A stretch of 64,000 nt of DNA from positions 96,001 through 160,000 of the forward strand of contig CAVPIB010000007.1 in assembly GCA_963704885.1 (NCBI GenBank), written 5' to 3'. This DNA is from an uncultured Actinomycetes bacterium. Lineage in GTDB: Bacteria; Actinomycetota; UBA4738; HRBIN12. Shown one piece after another: positions 38,429 to 46,824 of this stretch (positions within the stretch are counted from its first letter, which is position 1; each line of letters opens with the position of its first letter). Below the pieces are notes generated by a model. It saw only the letters and a program-made list of their open reading frames with translations. It did not search any database and was not told where the DNA came from. The position numbers and the translations under genes were made by a program.

Positions 38429-39429
38429 TGCCGGTCTTCAAGAGGCGCGGGACGTCTAAGGGCACTCCGACCCGCCTGTTCTACGCGTGCGACATCCACG
38501 GCTCCGAGCCCACGTACCGGAAGTTCCTGAACGCAGCGAAGTTCTACGAGGTCGACGCGCTGATCTTCGGCGGAGACCTGATGGGCAAGCTGCTGGTCCC
38601 GATCGTGCGCGACAGCGGCGGGACCTACCGTGCCAGGCTCCAGGGGCAGAACCATCACATCACGTCGGACGAGGAGATGGCGCAGCTCAAGAAGGTGCTC
38701 CAGACGCTCGGGTTCTATTGGCAGGAGATGGATCCCGAGGAGTACGAGAGTTACGCAGGGAACCAGGATCGCATCGATCAGCTGTTCGACGTCCTGGCCA
38801 AGGAGCGACTGGCGGAGTGGGTCGTGCTCGCCGAGGAGCGGCTGAAGGATTCGCACGTGCGCGTGTTGCTATGCGGCGGGAACGACGACACGGACGAGGT
38901 CCTGACGGCCTTGGATGAGACGGCACAGGATCGCGTGATGAACGCGGAGAACCGCGTGGTGCCCGTCGACGACGAACACGTCGTCGTCACGATCGGCTAC
39001 TCCACACCGACGCCGTGGGATACACCGCGCGAGCGGAGCGAGGACGAGATCGCCGAGGTGATCAAGACGATCATGGCCGAGGTGCCGGATCCGTCGCGGG
39101 CGGTCTTCAACTTCCACTGCCCACCGCTCGACTCGGGGCTGGATACCTGTTTGAAGTTGGACGCGTCCGTGTGGCCTCCGACGCCCGCGCTGCAGAACGG
39201 CCAGGCGATCTACTACGGAGCCGGGTCCCAGGCCGTGACCGACGCGCTCACCGAGTACCAACCGACCGTCGGCATGCACGGCCACATCCACGAATCCCGC
39301 GGGGTCACGAACTACGGGCGGACCCTTGCGCTCAATCCGGGGAGCGAGTACGGAGAGGGGGTGTTGAGGGGACTCATCGTCACCATCCGAGGAGGAGACG
39401 TCGTCGGGCATCAATTCACGTCCGGGTAG
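38428..39429 (+). CDS. Calcineurin-like metallophosphoesterase (Icc-related)
   Basis: ACDIHGS, GGDLMGK, GGNDD, FHCPP, HGHIHES, NPGSEY. Confidence 0.85.
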   Translation: MPVFKRRGTSKGTPTRLFYACDIHGSEPTYRKFLNAAKFYEVDALIFGGDLMGKLLVPIVRDSGGTYRARLQGQNHHITSDEEMAQLKKVLQTLGFYWQEMDPEEYESYAGNQDRIDQLFDVLAKERLAEWVVLAEERLKDSHVRVLLCGGNDDTDEVLTALDETAQDRVMNAENRVVPVDDEHVVVTIGYSTPTPWDTPRERSEDEIAEVIKTIMAEVPDPSRAVFNFHCPPLDSGLDTCLKLDASVWPPTPALQNGQAIYYGAGSQAVTDALTEYQPTVGMHGHIHESRGVTNYGRTLALNPGSEYGEGVLRGLIVTIRGGDVVGHQFTSG

Positions 39430-39470
39430 GCCCGGCCCGGAGCAGCGCGCGAGACACGAAGGGAGGGGGA

Positions 39471-41105
39471 ATGGCAGAGGCAGTCGCTCCACAGGTCTTC
39501 ACCAGGCGCGCATCCGGACTCGTCCGGGTGATGTCGCCGTACTCCGCGTTCATCTACAACATCCTGACGATGGGGGTGATCTTCCCCTGGACCTACCTGT
39601 GGGCGCCCACCGCGTTCCAAGGGTCGAACCTCGTCCTCGGGATCGGGTTCGCCTTCCTGTTCGAGTTGCCGATCGCGCTGGCCTATGTGTGGCTCGCGAC
39701 CGCGCTTCCTCGGTCGGGGGGTGACTACGTGTTCCAGAGCCGCGTATTCGGCGGCGGCTTCGGGTTCACCGTGGTGTTCGCTTTCTTCGTCGTGTGGATC
39801 CTGCAATGGGTCGCGCTCTCGGGCTGGTTGCTCGCGACGCTCGGCCTGGCGCCGACGTTCATCGGCCTCGGGGTCACGACCGGCATCGATGCGTTCACCG
39901 ACTTCGGGACCTGGGCCGCGTCGACCAACGGCATCATCATCATCAGCGTCGTGAACGCGCTGGTTGCGATGGTCTTGCTGGTCACGGGGTTCAAGAACTA
40001 CGTCCGGTTCCAGTTCGTGATGTGGTACGCGATCCTGATCTCGTTCGGGATCGTCTTGCTGCTGTTCCTGTTCACGGATCCGGGGGCGGCCCAAGGGAAG
40101 CTGGACGGGTTCGCCGCGAGCGTCGACGGCGTGTCGGGATTCTTCGCCTCGGCGAAAGCGGCCGCCGCGGAAGCCGGGGTGAACTTCAGCCCACCGTTCT
40201 GGCTGTTCGGCACCTTGATGGTGGCGCCGATCGCGTGGACGAGCCTTCAGTGGGCCACGTACTCGGTGGAACAGGGTGGGGAGATCAAGAACGCCCACGT
40301 GTTCCGGAACCAGCTGTTCATCATCGTGGGCTCGCTGGCCACGGTGGCCGGGCTGCTCATCATCCTGGCGCTCGCCATGCGGAGTGGGTTCGGGCAGGAC
40401 GGGATCCTGGTTGCCTCATCCGGCTACTGGTACGGCGTCGGGGGTGCGACGATCGGCGGGAACTACCTCTTCCCGAACTTCATCGCCATGGGCCTGACCG
40501 GGAGCTGGGTGATCGTCTTATTGATCGGGTTCGGGTTCATCTTGAACTCGTTCCAGATCGTCTGTAACTGCTACATCGGGACGACGCGGATCATGGTGGC
40601 GCAGGGCTTGGACGGCCTGCTGCCAGACTGGTTCGCGCGCGTGCACCCGAAGTGGAAGACCCCGATGAACGCGCACATCGCGTACTTCCTCGCGGCACTG
40701 CCGGTGATCTATGGGTTCAACAAGATCGGCAGCTGGACGCGATGGACCCTGGGTGTGACGTTCGCGAACGGGGCGGTGATGGTGCTGTCCGCGTTGGCGG
40801 CGGCCCTCTTGCCGTATCGGGCGAAGCAGTTGTATGAGGCGTCGCCCGGCGCCCGGTACAAGATCGGGAACGTCCCGATGGTCACGGTGTTCGGGATCTT
40901 GGGGTTCCTGCTGGGCGGCTTCATGGTGGTGTCCTTCCTGTTCGTGAAGGACCTGGGACTCGCGTTCTCGAACGATGCGCTGCCGTACTGGATCGTGCTC
41001 GGTACGGCCGCGTTCGGCCTGATCGTGTATCTGGTCATGAAGTCGGTCCAGTCACGCAAGGGCATCAAGGTCGAGTACGCCTTCCAGGAGATCCCGCCCG
41101 AATAG
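39471..41105 (+). CDS. APC-superfamily amino acid/amine permease
   Basis: FTRRASGLVR, ALPRSGGDYVFQSR, GGEIK, RIMVAQGLDGLLP, about 12 TM, terminal FQEIPPE; RBS GGAGG. Confidence 0.88.
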   Translation: MAEAVAPQVFTRRASGLVRVMSPYSAFIYNILTMGVIFPWTYLWAPTAFQGSNLVLGIGFAFLFELPIALAYVWLATALPRSGGDYVFQSRVFGGGFGFTVVFAFFVVWILQWVALSGWLLATLGLAPTFIGLGVTTGIDAFTDFGTWAASTNGIIIISVVNALVAMVLLVTGFKNYVRFQFVMWYAILISFGIVLLLFLFTDPGAAQGKLDGFAASVDGVSGFFASAKAAAAEAGVNFSPPFWLFGTLMVAPIAWTSLQWATYSVEQGGEIKNAHVFRNQLFIIVGSLATVAGLLIILALAMRSGFGQDGILVASSGYWYGVGGATIGGNYLFPNFIAMGLTGSWVIVLLIGFGFILNSFQIVCNCYIGTTRIMVAQGLDGLLPDWFARVHPKWKTPMNAHIAYFLAALPVIYGFNKIGSWTRWTLGVTFANGAVMVLSALAAALLPYRAKQLYEASPGARYKIGNVPMVTVFGILGFLLGGFMVVSFLFVKDLGLAFSNDALPYWIVLGTAAFGLIVYLVMKSVQSRKGIKVEYAFQEIPPE

Positions 41106-41123
41106 GACGGGAGGCGCAACGCA

Positions 41124-41155
41124 CGATGGGGCGGGGCTTGGGCCCCGCCCCATCG
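41124..41155 (+). terminator. Perfect 14-bp GC-rich hairpin after the permease (terminator or mRNA-stability element)
   Basis: cgatggggcggggc-ttgg-gccccgccccatcg; no U-tract. Confidence 0.65.
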
Positions 41156-41173
41156 CTCATCCGAAAGGTAGAT

Positions 41174-43594
41174 GTGGATCGCGCTCGGGCCGTCGTGATC
41201 GGTGGCGGGGTCACCGGTTGCAGCATCCTTCTGCACCTGGCAGAGGCGGGATGGACGGATGTCCTGCTCCTGGACAAGGGTGAGCTGACGAGCGGCTCCA
41301 CGTGTCACGCGGCCGGGCTCGTCACGATGTTCAACCCGTCGCCCACGATGATGCGGTTCCGGCGCTACTCGATCGAGCGATACCGGGAGCTCGGCGTATT
41401 CGAGACGGTCGGCGGATTGAGGTTCGCTTCGAGCCGCGACCAGTTCATGGAGCTGCAACGCGGGGTGTCTCGGGCGAAGGGCATCGGACTCGATGTCGAG
41501 CTCTTGTCGGCGGATGAGGCGCGCGCGTTGATGCCGGCCGCGTCGCCCGAAGAGCTACACGGCGCCGTCTACGTCCCCGGCGACGGATACCTGGATCCAC
41601 ACGGCGCCACCCATGCCCTGGCGGCGGCGGCGCGCTCGCTCGGAGCCACGATCGAGACGGGTGTCCGCGTGACGGGCATCGAGCTGTCGGAACGACGCGA
41701 GGTGACGGCCGTCCTCACCGACCGCGGTCGGATCGAGACCGAGGTCGTCGTCAACGCGGCGGGGATCTGGGCGCCGCGTGTCGCGGCCATGGTCGGCGCG
41801 TTCGTTCCCTCTACACCGGTCGACCACCAGCACGTCGCGCTGAAGGCGGTCCCCGGATCCGAGTTGCCGAACGACATGCCGTGCTTCCGCGACCCGGACA
41901 ACCTGGTTTACGGCAAGGCCGAGTCGGGCGGGATCCTATTCGGTGGGTACGAGCCCGATCCCGTCGCGCGCTGGGTCGACGGTGTTCCATGGGAGCACGG
42001 AGGCCGCGCGCTTCCCGCCGACATGGGACGGTTCGAGCAACTGATGCAGGGTGCGGCGCGAAGGTTCCCGTTCGTCGCCGATGCTGAGATCGTGAAGCTC
42101 GTCTGCCATCCCGACGCGATGACGCCCGATGCCAACCCTCTGCTGGGACCGATGCCCGGTGTGCGTGGCTTCTTCATGGCGGCGGGGCTCTCACTGAACG
42201 GGTTCGGGGGCGCCGGCGGCATCGGCAAGACCGTGGCCGAATGGGTGACCGCCGACGAAACGGAGCTCGACGTCTTGTCCTACCGGGCGTGGCGCTTCGG
42301 GCATGTCTATCGCGACCCTTCTTGGGCCGCCGAGGTTGCCCGCGAGACCTACCGCTACTACTACGAGTTGCGCTATCCGTTCGATCAGGACGAGTTCGGA
42401 CGACCCAGACGCGAGAGCCCCTTGATGTCCCGGCTCCAGGACGCCGGTGCGGTCTTCGGCGCGAAGAACGGATGGGAGCGGACCGAATACGTGGCGCCGG
42501 GGGAGCCGTGGCGGCGTGCGGGAGCCGACCAGCGAGCCTGGGGATGGACCGAGCCGCCGTTCTACATGCGCGTGGCGCAGGAGCACCGGGCCGTCCGCGA
42601 GCGCGTCGGGTTGTTCGACATGACGTCGTTCGGGAAGATCGACGTCTCTGGCCGGGACGCGCTTGCGGTGCTCGAGCGCGTGTCGGACAACCGGATCGAT
42701 CGTCCGATCGGAAGCGTCGTCTACACGCAGTTCCTTGAGCGACGCGGCGGGATCGTCGCCGATGTGACGGTGACCCGGCTCGGGAAGGATCGGTTCCGAG
42801 TGATCACAGGCTCTGGGACGATCGACGCCGACCTCGGGTGGATCCGGGCGAACTTGCGGGATGGTGAAGACGTTGAGCTCCTCGACGCGACGGAGGGTCT
42901 TGCGGTGATCGGTCTTTGGGGACCTGCGGCTCGCGCCGTGCTGGAGGCCGTCAGTGACGACGATGTCTCCGGCGGCGGGTTCCCATTCATGCAAGCTCGC
43001 AAGATCGTGGTCGGGGGCGCGCGAGCTTTCGCGCAACGCGTGACCTACGTGGGGGAGCTGGGGTGGGAGCTGTACGTGGAGCCTGAGTGGGCGACCCAGG
43101 TATGGGACCGACTGAGGCAGGCAGGAGCGCCGCACGGTATCGCCATCGCCGGGTATCGCGCGCTCGACTCGCTCCGGATCGAGAAGGGCTACCGGTACTT
43201 CGGGACGGACCTAACGATGCTGGACGATCCCTTCCAGGCGGGACTTGCGGCGTGCGTGCGTCTGGAGAAGGAGTCATTCGTGGGTCGCGACGCCCTCGTG
43301 GCGAAGCTCGAAGCCGGAGCGCCGACGCGTCGCCTCCGGACGCTCCTCGTCGGAGCGGAGGCCTACGTCCCGATCTACGGCGGAGAGGCGGTTCTGGTCG
43401 ATAGGGGCGTTGTCGGGCGGCTCCGCAGCTGTGCCTACGGGTTCACGGTCGGGCGGAACATCGCATACGCCTACCTCCCGACGGAGCTCGGGCCGGGTGA
43501 CCGGGTCGATGTGGAAGCCTTCGGAGAGCCGATCCCCGCGGAGGTGGCCGACGATGTGTCCGTCGATCCCGCGGGTGAGCGGATCCGTGCCTAG
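41174..43594 (+). CDS. GcvT-family FAD/folate amine dehydrogenase (dimethylglycine-dehydrogenase-like), copy A
   Basis: VIGGGVTG, LTSGSTCHAAG, FRDPD, GWER, DMTSFGKI, RVTYVGELGWELY, LRIEKGY. Confidence 0.88.
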   Translation: MDRARAVVIGGGVTGCSILLHLAEAGWTDVLLLDKGELTSGSTCHAAGLVTMFNPSPTMMRFRRYSIERYRELGVFETVGGLRFASSRDQFMELQRGVSRAKGIGLDVELLSADEARALMPAASPEELHGAVYVPGDGYLDPHGATHALAAAARSLGATIETGVRVTGIELSERREVTAVLTDRGRIETEVVVNAAGIWAPRVAAMVGAFVPSTPVDHQHVALKAVPGSELPNDMPCFRDPDNLVYGKAESGGILFGGYEPDPVARWVDGVPWEHGGRALPADMGRFEQLMQGAARRFPFVADAEIVKLVCHPDAMTPDANPLLGPMPGVRGFFMAAGLSLNGFGGAGGIGKTVAEWVTADETELDVLSYRAWRFGHVYRDPSWAAEVARETYRYYYELRYPFDQDEFGRPRRESPLMSRLQDAGAVFGAKNGWERTEYVAPGEPWRRAGADQRAWGWTEPPFYMRVAQEHRAVRERVGLFDMTSFGKIDVSGRDALAVLERVSDNRIDRPIGSVVYTQFLERRGGIVADVTVTRLGKDRFRVITGSGTIDADLGWIRANLRDGEDVELLDATEGLAVIGLWGPAARAVLEAVSDDDVSGGGFPFMQARKIVVGGARAFAQRVTYVGELGWELYVEPEWATQVWDRLRQAGAPHGIAIAGYRALDSLRIEKGYRYFGTDLTMLDDPFQAGLAACVRLEKESFVGRDALVAKLEAGAPTRRLRTLLVGAEAYVPIYGGEAVLVDRGVVGRLRSCAYGFTVGRNIAYAYLPTELGPGDRVDVEAFGEPIPAEVADDVSVDPAGERIRA

Positions 43595-43604
43595 GAGCTG
43601 ATGG

Positions 43605-44507
43605 ATGGGTCCGAGCATCGAGCAGGTGGTCGAGCGGGTCTCGCTCTGGAGCCCAGACGAGGTCTCTGTCTCGGAGCTTTCGGGCGGTCTCACCAACCAG
43701 AACTTCCTCGTCACGCGCGGGGACCAACGGTTCGTCGTCCGGATCCCGGGCGCATCCACCGAGCTTCTGGCCGTCGACCGCCGCAACGAGCGCCACAATG
43801 CCGAGGCGGCTGCGACCACCGGCGTGTCGCCACGGGTGCTCGAGTACCTGCAGGAGTGGTCGGTGATGGTGCTCGAGTTCATCGACGGGGAGACCATGTC
43901 GCCCGGGCGCCTGCGGGAGCCCTCGATGCCGGCCCGCATCGCTGCGTCACTCCATCGTCTGCACGCCGGCCCGCCGTTCTTGCATGACTTCGACATGTTC
44001 CGGATCACCGACTACTACCTCGGGATCATCGCGGGGCGCGACGTGCGGATCCCCGGTGGCTTCCGCGATCGGATGGACACCGTCGCCGACATCGAACGCG
44101 TCCTCGCCGTCAACGCCCGACCTCCCGTGCCGTGTCACAACGATCTTCTCGCCGAGAACTACATCGACGACGGGCGGCAGCTCTGGATCATCGACTTCGA
44201 ATACAGCGGGAACGACGATCCGTGCTTCGAGCTGGGCGACACCGCACAGGAGTGCGGCTACGACCGTGACCAGAAGGCGGCCCTCTGCGCCGCTTACTTC
44301 GGCCGTGAGGATCCGGTACAACTCGCGCGGATGGAGCTATACGCGATGATGGCCGACGTCGGCTGGACGCTCTGGGCGGCTATCCAGGCGCAGATCTCCA
44401 CGATCGACTTCGACTTCTGGGGTTGGGCCGTCGAACGGTGGGACAGGGCCACCGCGGTGATGGATGGCGGTGGGTTCGATCAGCTCCGCAACGCCGCGAC
44501 GTCGTGA
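43605..44507 (+). CDS. Choline/ethanolamine-kinase-like phosphotransferase, copy A
   Basis: LSGGLTNQNF, CHNDLLAENY (Brenner motif), IIDFEYSG. Confidence 0.85.
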   Translation: MGPSIEQVVERVSLWSPDEVSVSELSGGLTNQNFLVTRGDQRFVVRIPGASTELLAVDRRNERHNAEAAATTGVSPRVLEYLQEWSVMVLEFIDGETMSPGRLREPSMPARIAASLHRLHAGPPFLHDFDMFRITDYYLGIIAGRDVRIPGGFRDRMDTVADIERVLAVNARPPVPCHNDLLAENYIDDGRQLWIIDFEYSGNDDPCFELGDTAQECGYDRDQKAALCAAYFGREDPVQLARMELYAMMADVGWTLWAAIQAQISTIDFDFWGWAVERWDRATAVMDGGGFDQLRNAATS

Positions 44508-44557
44508 CGACGCCGATGTTGACGGGACGCGTGCCTCGGGGGACCCTGGCTTCGTTC

Positions 44558-44857
44558 ATGAAGGTCGTTGCCACCCCTGAGGTCGTCGAGTTCATCCGCC
44601 AGCGCGGCGGGGAGATCTTCGTGTGGTCCGTGACCATGGAGTACGGCTACGCGCGAGGGAGCGTCTTCGTGCTTGAGGCATCGGTGGAGTCACCCGGCGC
44701 CGAACGGGGATTCGTGCGGTTCGAGGGCGAGGGCATCACGGTCTTCTACGAGCCTGGGGAGCGTGGGACGCCCGACTCGCTACACCTGACGCTTCGCGGG
44801 CGCGCTCGCAAGCGGGTCGCCGCCTACTGGAACGGCCACAGCTACGGGACCGAGTGA
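44558..44857 (+). CDS. Hypothetical protein (about 99 aa)
   Basis: Good codon bias; MKVVATPEVVEFIRQRGG..AAYWNG. Confidence 0.6.
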   Translation: MKVVATPEVVEFIRQRGGEIFVWSVTMEYGYARGSVFVLEASVESPGAERGFVRFEGEGITVFYEPGERGTPDSLHLTLRGRARKRVAAYWNGHSYGTE

Positions 44858-44869
44858 GTCGAGCGTCCG

Positions 44870-46153
44870 TCAGGGCTCGAGCGCCAAGGCGTCGACGAGC
44901 CGGTCGGTCCCGCCGGTTCGCAGGAGCGCCTTCGCCCGGTCGGCCGGCCCCTCCCGGCGCTCGAGCCGGTCGCGGATCGGGTCGAGCATCGGCTCCTCGC
45001 CGAGCCCTCGGCTGCCCAGGCCCGCGGCGGCCAGATCGGCCAGCGTCGACAAGAAGCCCGGCGACGGTTCCTCGGCCTTGATGCCGTGGCCGACCGCCCG
45101 TCGCCGATAGGCGAGGAGCGCACGCCACCCTTCGACGCCCGGGAACGTCTCGTCGAGGTACGAAGCGACCTCGGCGTTCGCTTCGACCAAGCCGACCGAC
45201 AGGGCCGCCGCCGCGAACGAGGCCTCGGGCTGTTGGCAGGCCGGCCGGATCTCGAGCGTGCCGAGGCGGGCACGCGGGCGTGCGCTCGGCCATAGGTAAT
45301 GCTCGTGGTAGAGCCATTCCTCGAGGTCGGGGCCCCGCCGGGCGAGTCGCTTGGCGAAAGGCATCGCCGGCTCCACGAATCCCCCTCGACCGTCGGGCAG
45401 GACGAGTGCCCGGAAGCCCACCGTCCAGCGCACGTAGTCCTCGGCGTCGACGAACCGCCTGGGCACCGCCCCGTTGCGGAAGGGCTCTCCGGACACGCGC
45501 GCGGACAGGGCCTCACGTCCCGACGCCGCGCCGGGCCGGCCGCCGTAGATCGACGAGTTCGCACACAGGGCGATCAGCGCGCCGGAGCAACCGTTCATGG
45601 CGTTCATAGCGCGCACCAGCTCGTCGCGTCCGACGTCCACGTGCACCTGGTCGCTCGCTGTCACCGTCCACCGGAGCCATCCGAGGCCTATCGCGCGCAC
45701 GAGCGCCTCGTAGCGGACCTTCGGCGTCAGTAGGTCGTTGGCCGGTGGCGTCCGGGGCTGGATGCCGTAGCCGAGCAGGCGGTATCCCGCTTCCCGGGCA
45801 ACGCCGCCGACCAAGCGCAGCGCGGGGACGAGGTCCTCCGCGAGCTCTGTCAGCGATCGGCGCGGTCCGACCCCGATCTCAACCGTGCCTTTGCCGACCT
45901 CAGCCAGGCAGAACCACCGGCGCGCCTCGACGCCGATCAACAGACCCGATGGGTCGTGCATGGCGGGCGCGTCCGTCGCATACAGCAGTGGGTTCCACAG
46001 GTCCGACGAGTCGCCGGCGCGGCCGTTCGCGTCGACGAGCGGAAGTTCGGCCTCGCGTCCCACCGATCGTGCGCCACTCCGTCGCGCGGGGAACCGTGAG
46101 ACGAAGCCTTCCGCGAGAGCCGCGATCCCCGCGTCAAGTCGCGATGTCGGCAT
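44870..46153 (-). CDS. Glutamate-cysteine ligase (GCS2)-family carboxylate-amine ligase
   Basis: VGREAE, EVGKGTVE, GYGIQP, TASDQVHVD, ALCANS, RPR..TLEIRPACQQ. Confidence 0.75.
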   Translation of the reverse strand: MPTSRLDAGIAALAEGFVSRFPARRSGARSVGREAELPLVDANGRAGDSSDLWNPLLYATDAPAMHDPSGLLIGVEARRWFCLAEVGKGTVEIGVGPRRSLTELAEDLVPALRLVGGVAREAGYRLLGYGIQPRTPPANDLLTPKVRYEALVRAIGLGWLRWTVTASDQVHVDVGRDELVRAMNAMNGCSGALIALCANSSIYGGRPGAASGREALSARVSGEPFRNGAVPRRFVDAEDYVRWTVGFRALVLPDGRGGFVEPAMPFAKRLARRGPDLEEWLYHEHYLWPSARPRARLGTLEIRPACQQPEASFAAAALSVGLVEANAEVASYLDETFPGVEGWRALLAYRRRAVGHGIKAEEPSPGFLSTLADLAAAGLGSRGLGEEPMLDPIRDRLERREGPADRAKALLRTGGTDRLVDALALEP

Positions 46154-46158
46154 CGTCG

Positions 46159-46824
46159 TCAGAACGAGGCGTGGTCGCCGGCGGAGGTGACCAGCTGCAC
46201 CGTGGCCTCCTCCAGCAGCGCGGCATCCGGCCCCAATCGGAACGCGTTCAGCTCGCAGTTCAGGATGTCGAACTCGAGGGCGTGGTACGGGTCCTGCCCG
46301 CGGACGGCAGCGTGGAGCTGCTGCAGGAAGTTCTGATGCGAGAAGACCGCCACGTGCCTCCCGCCGTGTCGCTCGAGCAGGGCGTCCAGGGACTTATGCG
46401 CACGATCGTGGAGCGCGTCGAAGCTCTCGCCACCCGGTGGGTTCAGCGAGTACCGCATGTGCTCGATCTGGAGGTACTTCACGTGTGGGAAACGCTCGGG
46501 CACCTCGCTCGGATCGATCCCTTCCATCTGCCCGAACGACCGCTCCGTGCACCCTTCGTCGATCTCCAGGCGCTCGTACGGCCATCCGGTCACGAGCTCG
46601 GCCGTCTCGACGGCCCGCACGAGCGGGGAGGTGACGACCACGTCGAGCGGCGTACCGGCGAACCGGGAGCCTGCCTCCCGCGCCTGCGCGCGACCCTCGT
46701 CGATCAAAGGGACGTCGATCCTGCCGCCCACCCGCTTATCGCGGTTCAGCTCGGTTAGACCGTGACGGACCGTCATCACGACCGTCTGGCCTGCCTCGGC
46801 CTCGAAAGGGAGCATGCCGCTCAC
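46159..46824 (-). CDS. Histidine phosphatase family protein
   Basis: VRHG, TSPLVRAVETA, ERSFG, PGGES, VFSH. Confidence 0.88.
   Translation of the reverse strand: MSGMLPFEAEAGQTVVMTVRHGLTELNRDKRVGGRIDVPLIDEGRAQAREAGSRFAGTPLDVVVTSPLVRAVETAELVTGWPYERLEIDEGCTERSFGQMEGIDPSEVPERFPHVKYLQIEHMRYSLNPPGGESFDALHDRAHKSLDALLERHGGRHVAVFSHQNFLQQLHAAVRGQDPYHALEFDILNCELNAFRLGPDAALLEEATVQLVTSAGDHASF

Noticed and set aside
37664-39429. CBASS or toxin-antitoxin defence interpretation of the nucleotidyltransferase
   Set aside because: No HEPN, effector or Cap genes nearby; the neighbours are DeoR and a permease, indicating metabolism
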